From: Mantamonas sphyraenae STR306
Taxonomy: Eukaryota; Protista; CRuMs
Direction of reading: 5' to 3'
Length of the DNA: 64,000 bases
Assembly (NCBI GenBank): GCA_026936335.1
Contig: JAPMXV010000002.1
Span: 248,001 to 312,000 of the forward strand
Position 1 is the first letter of the stretch, and each line of letters starts with the position of its first letter. This document shows positions 35,601 to 47,507 of this stretch, piece after piece. The position numbers and the translations under genes are program-made. The notes under the pieces are model-generated. The model was given only the letters and a program-made list of their open reading frames with translations. It was not told the origin of the DNA and did no database searches.

Positions 35601-38600
35601 CCACGTAGCGATGGTGCGCCTGCTGCGCCGCCCATTCCACCCATTGGTTGAACGCCCCGCGCATACTCATGTCCATCCAGAAGGAGACGGCGCGCTGCAG
35701 CCTCTGCCTGTGTGTGATCTGCGCCTGCGCCCATTCCCACCAGGCCCCAAAAGCACCTGCCAGCGCATGGCCCTCGCGCAGGTCGTCCATGCGATCCACA
35801 ACCTCTTCCAGGTACTCCACACGCCGCCACACGCGATACCACGCGTACAGCGCACGCTGAACCAGCCACACGCGATGACGCGTCGTGGCCGTCTCCTGCG
35901 CAACGCCCAACTCTGCCTGGTACGCTGCCTGTGCCACCCACGCGCTAAAATGCAGCTGCAGCGTGCGTGAGCTGAACCTGGCCAGCAGGTGGACATAGCG
36001 TGCGCGCAGATCCCGATTGTGCATCGTGCTTCCGTGCCACAGGTGCAGCAGACGCCGCAGCTGCCGTGTCATGCGTGCAGGCACAAAGCGAGCTAGAACC
36101 GCTGCGTGGTGCTTCTCTGTGGCCACAAACGTACGCCAACGCCGCATGGCGTGCGCCAATGTGTCGCGCGTCCAGTGTGCAACCGCACGCTGCATGATCC
36201 TGCGTGTCTCCTGTTCCTCTGCCACCCACTCACGCCACAGCAACAGATACTTGGTGCGCAGCTCGTGCTCCACCTGGTCCTTGACGAGCAGGTATGCCGC
36301 GTGCGACGCATGCGCCCATCGACGCCACTCGCCAAACACGACCTCGACACGCCTCTTGTTCGTTGCGGTCACCATGCGCAGCACCGCCTGCCTGTAGCGC
36401 TTCCGCGTGGCGTACACCTGTGCCCACACGTCGAAGCAGCCGCCCACGCGTCGAAGCCACTCAAACTTGGCCGCCTGACGGTTGCAGCGCTTGCTGAACC
36501 CGGCTGCATCAGCGTACTCGCGCCACGCCGCAAACACCCCACCCAGACGCCGCAGGTACCAAAATTCCTGCACCTGCGTGTTGACGCGCTTCAGGTAGGC
36601 CCTACGCGACGCCAGGCCGTGCCACGCGCTCATCACCATCTCCACCAGTCGCTCCGTGCGCCGCGCCTGCAGCATAAACAGACCGCGGCGCAGTGTGGCT
36701 CGCACGTGCGCAAACGAAGCCCACGCGTTGAAGCACCGCGACAGCGATTGGTTGCGCAGACGGCTCACGGCACTGCGGATCAGCTGCTTCTGTGCCACAG
36801 CGGCCTGCACCCACGCGTGCCACACGGCAAACGCTTTGGACAGGACCACCTGTCCGTGGTGGCCACTGGCCATGGCCCACACATACTTCTCTGCACGTTT
36901 GCGTCGCGTGTACTCCACCCAAACCATGAGCGCCCCGCGTTGCACCTCCAGCTCTCGCTCACGGATGCGCAGCACCACATCTCGGCGGTGGGCGGCCGTA
37001 CGTCGCGCCCACGTCCACCACGAGTTCCACGCCTGTGTTAGACGCCGCTCACGCCAGCGCGACACAAAGCGAGACATGCCTTCGCGCACACGCACGCGCC
37101 TGCGTGCAAACGCACGCCACGTCGCAAACGTGCGCTGTGTGGCGTTGTACACAAAGTACTGCATGGCTGTGGCAGCACGTCGTCGCATGATGGCTCGATA
37201 GTGCCACGCCGCAAGCGTCTCTTGAGCCGCTCGCCGTTGCCAACGTTCATCGGCCAGTTCGCGCAGCTCGGCCTTTGCACGCCGGTGGGCCACATACTCC
37301 ATCCAGTGCGCAAGGCAGCCGCGTTGGCTGTGGCCTTGCCAGCGACGCACAAACGCACGCAGACGCACCTGCGTGGACGTGCGCTGCATCCACAGCGCCA
37401 AGTGGAAGGCCGCCAGCCGTGTGTGGTATCCAGACAACACATTGGCCAGTTTGACACGCTCCTCGCGCCGCGCACGCTTCACACGCAGCCAAATGTAAAA
37501 CGCATCTTCCGCCATGCGCCAGTGGCGATCCATCACAAAGTGGTTCACGCGCACCTGCACGCGCACAACGGCACGCCACGCCGCAAACGCCGCGTCCAAA
37601 TGCCTGTGCATCAATCGCCGCACCACACGCGCCTGCACACTGCGCAAGCGGTAGTGCTCGCGCCAGCGCCCAAAGTGAGCGCCACACACGCGCAGGGCCA
37701 TGGCCGCATGCACCTCGTCGCGCACACGTCGCAGGCGCCGCTGGTGCCGGGTCCACCCCAGCCACGTGGACCACCCACGCAGCATCGTGCGCTGTTGGAT
37801 GCGTGTCAGAATGGCCTTGAGACGTCGGCACAAGACTGCATGGCTGCGCAGCGCATCCATCGCCCGTGCCAGCGTTGCGTGTTGCCATCGCAGCAGCATG
37901 GTGTGTGCACGCACCTCCACCTTGCCGCGGTACTCGCGCTGCTCCACCGCATGCGCACGCCACGCGGCAAAGCTATGCCACAGTTGCTGGTGCAGCATGC
38001 GACGCAGAGCCAACACACCCAGGTACGCAAGGCGCCATCGACGCAGAGCTGACAGTGCCCGTGCGCGGATGCGAGCCGCGTCCGCCTGTGCACGCAGATG
38101 CTCCTTGCGACGCCGGTGGTTCACATACGCCGTCCATTGGTCCAGTACCGCCAACACCTCGTGCTGCTTGAAAAAGGTCGCCGCACGCAGCAGCAGCGCA
38201 CGCTCGTGCACACTCTGCGCCACAAACGCACGCCACGTGTGCATGGCCTCGCCCAGAAGCTTGTTTGTCCACAGCACAAGCGCACGCTGCATGTTGCGTC
38301 GGTGGCTGCGGCGTGTGTCAAACGCGTGCCACCACGTCATCCATGCCGTGTGCACTGTGCCACGCTCGCGTGCTTCGTGCACCGCGCGCTCTGCACGCCG
38401 CTGCTCCAGCTTGCCACGCCACACACTCACACACTGCGCGGCTGCCTTGAGTCCCAGTTCTTTCTGCACGCGAGCCTGGTCAGCACGCAGCTGCGCGTGT
38501 GCACGCGTCACGTGCAGCCACCCTTCAAATCCAAAGACCAGTGTGCGATTATGCATGAATGCCACCGCACGACGCAGCGCACGTTGATCCTGCGCAAAGG

Positions 38601-41600
38601 CCACCCACGTGCGGAATGCACGCGCCTGTTCGTTGAACCGCAGATACGACGCCGCTTTGTGGATGTCTCGTCGGTACTGCGCCACGCTACGCCACGTTGC
38701 CACCCACTGCGACATGTGAGTCGCCACAATGGCGTGCCGCCGGTATGCGTCAGCATGGGCCTTGCGCACCTTTTTCTCCAATCGCATGTTTGCGTACGCC
38801 ATCCACGAGTTGAACGCACTCAGCGTCGCGCGCATACGCATGCGCCACGCCATGCGTCGCACCACGTTGCGATTGCGCACCAGTGTCACCCAGTGCTCCA
38901 GCCGCACGCGTCGCACCTTGGCCACGGTGCTTGCATACACACGTGCGTGTGCCTCACGCATCGCACGGTTCCACACAGCAAACCGTCGCCATGCATTCCA
39001 CGCGCTCATGGCCGCCAGATTGCGCATCCGCTTGACAATGCGCTTCATGCGCACCTTGCGGTCCCACGCTTGGTCCCAGGCCAGAAAGAAGCGCCGCATC
39101 ACACGCAAGCGATGCAGACTCGCCGTGGTGGCCACGTTGGCTCGTTCACGCACACTTCCGCGTGTAAACTGCCGCCACGAGTACATGCACCGTGACATGG
39201 CCATATTTTGCATGCGAAACACAAACCGTTCCATCACCCAGCGATGGTAGCGCAGCATTTCCACACGGTACACCCACGTGCGAAATGCCTGCGCTTCCCT
39301 GTATGCTCGGATGGACAGCACCACGCGGTGTGCGCGTCGCTTGGCGTGTTTGCGCCACATCACGTACTGCACCCACGTGCGAAACGCACGTGCAGTGCGA
39401 CGGGCCACCAGCAGCTGTGTTGCGTGTGCACGCACCGCTTGCTGATGTCCCACCAGCGCTTTCCAGCTGTTCCACGCACGCGCTTTTCCTTGCTGCATCC
39501 AGTACGCCAGCGTCCACCTGCGCACCTGCATCTCGTACACAAAGTCACACCACTCATTCCAAGCACGAGCAACCTCCATGTTCTGCATACGCTTCACAAA
39601 CCGCCGCATCACCGCCTGCTCGTACGCATGTGCATGCCACGCCCCAAAGCAGTGTGCCACACGCAAGTGTTTCATGCGATGCACAACCACGCGCAGCTTT
39701 TGCGTCGTGCGCACCGTTTCACGCCACGTCGCAAAGGCATTCTCCAGCCGCCGTTCGCGAAAGTCCGCCTGCAGCTCGCGAACACGTCGCTCCTGCACCG
39801 TCACTACGTGCCACGTGTCAAAACACATCCATGTGCGCCTGTGCCACCTGCGGTTCACCATGTCGTGCACATGCTCCTTGATCGCACGGTTGTGCACCAC
39901 AAACGACTTCCATGCGCCAAAATACAGCGTCAACGCACTCTCTGTGTACTGCGCCAGCGCACGCTGCATCAACGTGCGCGTGCGCACAACCTCGCGTACG
40001 TTGCTGTGCCACGTCTGGAGACCCCACGTCAACAGCCGCTGCGTGCGCTGCTGCGCTGCGGCTTCCAGCTTGCCCGCAAACTGCACCTTGAGCTGCGCCA
40101 CGGCAAGCCACTCGTGCATACGCCCGCGCAGAGTTGCCTTGCGCCACAGCGCACGCGCGGCACCGTTCATGCGGCCCTTTGCCTGCCTGTGCAACGTGTA
40201 CGCAATCCACTTTGACAGGCTTGCCGCCGCCTTCTTGTTTGTCCAGAACGACAGCACGCGCTGTGTCGCTTCGCGCTCATACACGAGCTGCTGCACGTTA
40301 CTGTGCCAACGCCGGAAGCCCATCGCCAGTGTGCGCTGCGTGAAGAACGCCAATGCACGCGACATCACATGCCGCTGGTGCTCGCACTTGGCAAACGTCG
40401 ACACCCAGGACGCCCACGTCTTGGCCAGCAGTCTGCGTGCGCTTGATTCGCGCACAGTCACCATCGTGCGCCACTCTTGCAACGCATACACCCACTCCTG
40501 CAGAAACTCACGCGCTTCGCGCATCTGTACACGCCTGCTCATCTCGGCTTGACGCGTGCGCAGCTGCACTTGCACACGCACCCACAGCTGCCACGTCGCA
40601 AACGCTGCACCCAGCATACGCCGCGACCAGCGCTGCACCACGACGCGCACCGCATGCTGCTGCCGCGCAAAGTCGTGCCATCCGCGAAACGCACGGCCCA
40701 CTGCGTGGTTGCGCATGCTGCTCAGAACGCGACCGATGATCTCCAGATGCCGCTGCCTGCGAATGGCGTACTGCCGCAACATCTTGGCCATGCCTCGTCG
40801 CACGAAGCGATCGTGCAGCGCCTCCGCCTGCACGCGTAGCTCGCGCTTGTGTCTGCGATGCTCCACGTACCTTCGCCACTGTAGCCACGCCTTGCTGTGC
40901 TGTTGCATGCGGAACGTCAGCACAGCGTGGCGCTGCAGCATGCGCAGACGCAGTGCGTCTTTCCATCGACGCAGATGTGCCAGCAACGCATGCTCGATGT
41001 TCTTCAACTGCACACTGGCCTGAGCCACTCGAAGCGTGCTCTGCCACGCCGCATACGCCTGGAGGTTGCCAAAAGCCTGCGACAGGGCCCGGTGCTCGAT
41101 GCGTGCAATGCACCGCCGCATCACAAACACCTGCCGAAGTCGCTCGTGCCAGCGGATCATCATGGACAGCACCAGCGTGTGCTGTCGCTTCCTTTCCACC
41201 TCTTCCGCACGCCTGCTCAACTCCACCTGGTACTGTGTCCACTCGTGCCAACTAGCAAACGAGCGGGCAAGCTGCGATTGCATCAGCCGCCCCACCGTCT
41301 GCGCCAGCAACTCCCTGTGCCGCACATTCTCTTGCACAAACTCCACCCACCGCTGCATGCATCTGCTCATCTCTCGCAGTTGCCAGTTCAGCAGCACGTT
41401 GCGCATGCGGCGGCGACGTTCCTTCTCCTCCAGCCAACGTGTCAGATAGCGCCTGCTGAGCCTGCGGTGGTACTCTGTCCACGCGTCCAGCACCACGGCC
41501 TTGTGTGTCACCAGCTCGCGCACATATGTGTGCAGCGCACGCAGCGTCTTGCGCATCACAAAGCCGTCGATCAAAGCAACCGTCGTCGTGCGCCACACTA

Positions 41601-44080
41601 TACTCGCCTGCGTCTCGTGCCGCCACAGCTGCAGCGTTTGCAACACCAAGCCGTCGGTGTAGAACGAGTCTGCCTCCTGTTTCGCGTGCCGGATCTGCGC
41701 ACGAGAGACCGTGTAATCCAGCCACGCCTGGAATGCAAGCACGCAAAGCCTGTTCTGCCAATGCACCAAGATGCGACGAGCTGTCATTGACCTCTTCGTG
41801 CTGGCCACCCACTCGCGCACCATGCGGCGAGCCAGCGATGTGGTTGCGCGCTCGCGCGCTTGCACATTCAGTACGCCCTTGCGATGCCTGTACACCCGAT
41901 ACATGCGCCACTGGCGCACGCAACGCAGCGACAACTGCGTGTTGTGATAAAACACGGCCCGGTGGAATGCGTCACGCCGCGCAAGAGCTTCCAGCCAGTG
42001 TGTGTAGTACATGGCCTTCACAACAAGGTGACGCTGCTGCTCGCGACGCCGCACACGCGCCCCCAGCGATTGCATGTACACCGCTGCGGCTTGCCATTCG
42101 ATCACATAGGTACGCAACACGCGCAGCTCCTGTTTGCGCTGCACACGCGCCACCTGCGCTGAATAATCGGCCACCCACGCCCGCCAGCGTTCAAAGTACA
42201 CTTTGGTCATGTTGCCCACCCAGTAGGACATTGCCTTGTGCAGCGAAGACTTTTGGTACCGCGCAGCCTCGCTGTTGATCACAAACGCCTGCCATCCCGC
42301 ACGCAACAGCCGGCGCCGTCGCACCTGCATTGCCCGCGTGCGTCGCCCGTGCGTGCGTTCGGTGTAGCCCCACCAGCCCATGAATGCTCTTTCGCACGTA
42401 CGCGTCTCCCAGAACGAGATGGCAACCATCCACGACTCTACAGCTCGTTCACGAAACGCAATCCTCTGGCGCACCCACGCCAGCCAGCGCCGAAACACCG
42501 TCGCCGTGATCTTGTATCTCCTGTACGCCTCTGCTTCCTCACTGGTCACATTGCCCAGCGAAACCCACTGCGGCTCCAACGCTCCGAGCCGCGACGGCAT
42601 GCTTGTCTCCACCGGGTTTTCTTCTCCTTCTCCCACGCGCATGCCGTCCACATCTGCCTGTGTCCACACACCCCTGCTGCTGCTGCTGTTGTTGTTGTTG
42701 TTGTTGTTGTTACTCCGGGTGTCGTTGTCGTCGGCAAAATCCAATGGCAGGGAGAAGCGTACGTGAGGCGAGGTCTGCAAGGGTATGGTCCCTCGCGCTG
42801 CTCGTGCTGCCTGCATCGCCTCATAAATGGTCTGCTGTACACGCTCCGTCCTGTCTGTCGCACTCATGGTGCTGCTCGTAAATGGCATGGCCGCTGTCTG
42901 TGGACCCTGCTCCGCCGCCTGCGCCTGCAATCCTGCCGACGCTTGCACTTGCGCATCCATGGCCATCTGTGCCTGCAACGCACGGATGGTGTCTGCTGTG
43001 TGTGCCCTCTGTTCAGAGCGATACCTCGCTTCGCTTTCCTGTCGCTCCTCTTCCAGCGCCACGTGGAATGACGGCCGTAGCTCGTCCATGGTCAGCCCGC
43101 GTGGCTTGTCCGCTCCATCCCGTGCTCCTTGGCGCATCAGTCCTTGTCGCACTCCCTCTTGCACCCTCTCATCATCACCTGTATCCACTCTATCGTCCGA
43201 TTCATCCTCCTCCTCCTCGTCCACCAAGTCCAGGCCGTGTACAGGCGTGCGCGGTGGAGGGGGATGTGCCACCAGCGATTCAAACTGCAAGTCGTGCAGG
43301 TAGTGGCGCCATGAGCGGAAGAACCGTCGCAGCGTCTGTTGCCGGTTGTATGCACTCGCTTTACTGCGTTTAGATGTTTTCTGTGCCCTCGCATGCCGTG
43401 TCCGCGTGTGTGTCAGCGCCAAGCGACCTCGCAAGAAAGAGCGCGGTGGCCGTTGCCAAAAAGTCCCACTTTCGCACAAAACAGCCCAACATACCTCGCA
43501 TGCCCGTTCGAACTTCACCTGCCAGTCCGGCTCCGGATCCAGAGACAGTTTGAGCAGGAAACGGTAGTAGTGTGTGTCGTCGGTCGAGTCGATCTGCAGC
43601 CGTGAGGCACGTTTTCCAGCCGGCGTCAGCACTCGGCGCCATGTCATTCGTCACACGCCCTCCTCTCTGCGCCCACGCTCCCGACTCACCCCATTTTCTG
43701 CAAGCACCCGCTCATAGGCCTGCAGGACATGCGACAGGCCCATTGGTTTGCTTCCGGGTCGTCTTCGGTACTCGTCTGTGGCCAGTTGAATGATGTCTGC
43801 CAGCAGAGACACGTCTGCGCACGCGCGAACGACCTCAACCTGTGTCAGCCCTCCCCGTCGCATTCACCCCATCCTCCTTCGTCCCTCGTAGTGTGCATGG
43901 CACACACGCAGGCAGCGCAATGCAAGCAATGGCCCTTCTTCCACCCCGAAAGTGTCACTCACCCTGCCGTGTGAACGGCCGTGCCTCCGCCTTCAACGCC
44001 TTGTATGTCTCGTACGTGGCCGCACGCGAGTCGTACACCGTGCTGGTGTCCACGTACACCCCGTGGCTACCTCCCAGCAT
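32643..44080 (-). CDS. SFI1: Giant Sfi1-repeat centrin-binding protein (~3,690 aa); exons 44080-43963, 43814-43690, 43593-43495, 43380-32643; two apparent -1 indels (~34823, ~34590)
   Basis: Spliced N-terminus ...LQAYERVLAENG|IDSTDDTHYYRFLLKL resembles the Sfi1 N-terminal block. About 3,200 aa of tandem A-x7-LL-x3-F-x2-W-like repeats follow. Three GT-AG introns are in frame. ORFs 33709, 34034 and 32643 hand over the repeat pattern. Confidence 0.85.
42674..42711. repeat. (CTG)n/(TTG)n trinucleotide tract encoding poly-Asn/poly-Ser in the giant Sfi1 protein
   Basis: ctgctgctgctgctgttgttgttgttgttgttgttgtt is visible in the sequence; it encodes NNNNNNNNSSSS on the minus strand. Confidence 0.9.
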
Positions 44081-44151
44081 GGCAGTACGTTCGAGCGCCC
44101 ACCCGAGTTTGTGTTGGCGCCAGAAGCGCCGACTGTTCCAACATCAAACGC

Positions 44152-45034
44152 ATGTGCTCCTGCCCGTCCTGGTTCAGCCCACGTCTGCTGGACCAGGTGC
44201 CCTTCGATCGACGCAAAACCAAACGCTGGGTCGATGCCACCGACGTGCCCCGCCTGCACAAGGTGCAACCCACAGACCTGCGCCCCTACGGCCCGTCACC
44301 ACGTCCCTTCCGCCACGGCCACGACGTCATGGACAGTGAGCCCGTGCACACACACACCACACAGTGCCAATGGCCCGAGTGCGATGCAGACTTTGACTCG
44401 GTCGCCGAATACGAGGCACATTACCGCTCGCAACACACAAACCACTGCGCCGACTGCAGCGCCGTCCTGCCCACCGCACACATGCTCGACCTCCACATCC
44501 AGGAAACACACGACTCCTTCTTTGCCCTGCTTGCTGAACGCAAGCCCATGTTCCACTGCATCCTCGCACATTGTACAGAAACCTTTGCCACGTCCGATCT
44601 CAGAGCCGGCCATCTCATCCACCACCATGGCTTTCCCGAAACCTACAACTTTGACCTTTCTCGATCACACACCTTTCATCCACTCCATCCCAGTGCCATC
44701 CGCAGGCGGAGCACTTCCACCGACGCAGGAGGCGACGACGCACTTTCTCTCGACGATGACGACGACTACCAAGACCACAAAGACAGATGTGACAACGATG
44801 AGTCGTATGAAGATGTCGATCAAGACAGCATGGCTCTCGCACAGGCATTCAGCAAGCTCAACATCGTCTATGCGGGCAAGGTGCCCGACACCATCTCCTT
44901 TGGTCGCAACTCCAATGCAGACGCTTGACCGAGCTGTTCGCTCCAACACACCCTCCCCTCACTCTCTTTCTCTCTCTCCGTCTCCTTTCTCTGTCATTGC
45001 CACCACAGGTCGCCGTAGCCACCCGCCGCGCTAA
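44152..45034 (+). CDS. ZNF511: ZNF511-like C2H2 zinc-finger protein; probable last intron 44903-45008 (unspliced stop at 44928)
   Basis: CQWPECDADFDSVAEYEAHY...HCADCSAVLPTAHMLDLHIQETHDSFFALLAERKPMFHCILAHC...HLIHHHGFP and C-terminal VPDTISFG match ZNF511. Start codon and last intron are tentative (atypical donor GTCGCA, good acceptor CCACAG). Confidence 0.85.
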
Positions 45035-45069
45035 GGCCCCCAACCAGATCGCCGCTCACCTGTTCAAAT

Positions 45070-47427
45070 ATGGACCACAGCAATCTGAAGGGCGCAGAGG
45101 CACTGCCCGTCGAGGTTTGGGTCAACATTGGCACACACCTGTCCTTCCACGACTTGCTGAGTCTTCGTGCATGCAGCAAGGTCTTGGAGGAGACCATGGC
45201 CGTGACGATCAACACGGTCCACCCCAATTTTCTACAGCGCCTTCTCAAAAGGAACAGCCGCCTCGCACGCGACGCAGACAGCGGGAAAGGCAAGGGCAGA
45301 GGCAAACAAAAGACGGACATCCGTCTGTGCCACATGCTGCTCACCATGTGCTACGACGATATTTGTGCACGTGACGTGGCCATGGAGAATTCCCAACTTG
45401 GAACCAACGACTGGCTCGAGCTCATGCACGAAATGCGCACTGACATGAACCGTCTCAGTCTCCGCGGCTCCACGTCTGTGCCTCCCATCAGCGAATGGAA
45501 GGAGGCTGCCTTCCCCTGGCTGAATACCCTCACCGAACTCAACATCCAGCGTGTTCGCTGGAAGTTCAACGACAAGGAGCTCGACCTGGCAACCCTCACA
45601 CCCAACCTGGTCGCCTTCCACACCTCCTCCCCGTTGCGCAAAAAGGACACTCTCCCTGCCTCTCTCCTCATCTACGACTGCTCCTTCCCGTCCAAGGCCA
45701 TCCTCAAGCGCAACGAACGCACCAAGCGCAACACAAAGGGCGGCAGGAACAACAACGGCGCCGAACCTGCTCCTCCACACCTCGCCATGCTTGCCAAACA
45801 ATGTCCCAACCTTCATACCCTCTCCATGCGAAACTATGGCCGCGGTCTCGCCCATCTCCTTGTCCCCGACGTGGAGGACCCCAGCAGCACCAAACTCGAC
45901 CATCTCGAGGTCCTTGACCTGCGAGGCACACGCATCCCTCCCCTTCGCTACCAATGGGCTCTGGCATGGCTCAAGCATCCGTGCATGCGCTCCCTCAAAC
46001 GCCTCCTCCTTGGTGCCGCCTTCCCCCTCGATGTCCACGACGTCTACAACGCCCTTTGTGATGCCTATGCATTCAACCCGGCCCTCAGCGCCCTCAACCT
46101 CAACCAGAGTGCACGATCGCCTGCATCCTTTGATCCCACCCCGCTGTTTGCAGTCAAGGGCGAGGCCCTCGACGAACTCCAGCTCCTTCACGTCGACATC
46201 TCCAACGACACCGCCCAATTGGTTGCTTCCCACTGCTCCCGCCTGCGCACCCTCACTCTCAGCCGAACCCACAGCCGACGCCTTGGCGCCTCGGGTATCT
46301 CCGCCTTTGCCACAAACTGCACGGGCCTCACACACCTCACTCTCCACCGCTTCGACAACGACATTGGTGCTGCCATTGCCTTGGCTGTGGAAAAGTGTCC
46401 CCTCGTGTCCCTGGACATCCGCTATTGCAGGCGACTCGGCACACTTCACACAGACTTTGCGTTCCTCACTCCGGACACCTGTGCCAGCAGCAAAACCCTG
46501 CGTGAGCTCGATTTGGGCAAGACCGACGTCAAGGAATCCATGGGCGTGCACATTGCTAGTCTGTTTCCCAAATTGCGCAAGGTCAACTTGGACTATGTCA
46601 ACACGCGGCACGGCGAACTCGTGCGCCACGTGCTCACCTTGCCCTCCCTGACTTACCTCTCGTTGCAAGGCTTGGGCACGCTGTGGGGTGAGCATCTCGT
46701 GTGCAAGAACCAACCTTTGCTTCCGGCAACGCTCGCCCTGGAGGAGCTGCACATGCAAGACCACACCGACCTTCATCTTGGATATGCAGACCTTCACCTG
46801 GGCACTCTGTTGCCTCACGTGCTCATCCGCTCGCCCCACTTGCAAACCATCAGTCTGACCATGAGTTTTGCATACGCCTACCCCTTCACGCGCTTGGGCC
46901 AAGTGCACACTCCACTCTACGAGGTACAGGTGGCCATCCTCATGGATTACCTCAACGACACGCGCATCCTCGATGCAGACATCGACATCACCGATGGGGA
47001 AGAGATGCTGTCCTTTCGGAACCTCGTCAAGGGCGAGGTGCTGCCCAACCTGCCCAACGCTCGCGGCGTGGCCCTCACCCTCAGCTACGACCATGACACA
47101 GACGCACGCATCGACAACGAGCTCATCGCTGCCTTTCGCGAGCACTGCGTGGTGCAGGAGGAGAAACCCAGAGTCCGAAAGCGTGATTATGTTCGCGCAC
47201 GTGCGGGAATGGTCAGGCAGCTGAACTTTGACAGCGTTGGCGACGCTGCCATCCAATGCTTTGCATGGCTCCTCGTTCTCTTTCTCAACATGGGCGTCCT
47301 CTGGGTCCTCACGGGCTCCGACTTTCGCGCCCCCTTTGCCTGGTTTGGCTTTGACACCTCGTCCGCCTCACAGGCTACCGAGTCCCTGGTGACCGAGGGT
47401 GCAGACGTGGGTGTGACATTGGAGTGA
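45070..47427 (+). CDS. F-box/leucine-rich-repeat protein with a C-terminal hydrophobic segment, 785 aa
   Basis: F-box LPVEVWVNIGTHLSFHDLLSLRACSK; repeated LxxLxL units (CPNLHTLSM, LEVLDLRG, CSRLRTLTL, LRELDLGK); hydrophobic AAIQCFAWLLVLFLNMGVLWVL near the end. Confidence 0.85.
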   Translation: MDHSNLKGAEALPVEVWVNIGTHLSFHDLLSLRACSKVLEETMAVTINTVHPNFLQRLLKRNSRLARDADSGKGKGRGKQKTDIRLCHMLLTMCYDDICARDVAMENSQLGTNDWLELMHEMRTDMNRLSLRGSTSVPPISEWKEAAFPWLNTLTELNIQRVRWKFNDKELDLATLTPNLVAFHTSSPLRKKDTLPASLLIYDCSFPSKAILKRNERTKRNTKGGRNNNGAEPAPPHLAMLAKQCPNLHTLSMRNYGRGLAHLLVPDVEDPSSTKLDHLEVLDLRGTRIPPLRYQWALAWLKHPCMRSLKRLLLGAAFPLDVHDVYNALCDAYAFNPALSALNLNQSARSPASFDPTPLFAVKGEALDELQLLHVDISNDTAQLVASHCSRLRTLTLSRTHSRRLGASGISAFATNCTGLTHLTLHRFDNDIGAAIALAVEKCPLVSLDIRYCRRLGTLHTDFAFLTPDTCASSKTLRELDLGKTDVKESMGVHIASLFPKLRKVNLDYVNTRHGELVRHVLTLPSLTYLSLQGLGTLWGEHLVCKNQPLLPATLALEELHMQDHTDLHLGYADLHLGTLLPHVLIRSPHLQTISLTMSFAYAYPFTRLGQVHTPLYEVQVAILMDYLNDTRILDADIDITDGEEMLSFRNLVKGEVLPNLPNARGVALTLSYDHDTDARIDNELIAAFREHCVVQEEKPRVRKRDYVRARAGMVRQLNFDSVGDAAIQCFAWLLVLFLNMGVLWVLTGSDFRAPFAWFGFDTSSASQATESLVTEGADVGVTLE

Positions 47428-47507
47428 GAAGAGCCGACACGCGCACAAACCCAAAGCAAATCCCACTTGACCTTTCTCTCCCTCCCCCTCTCTCTCTCTC
47501 TCTCGCC

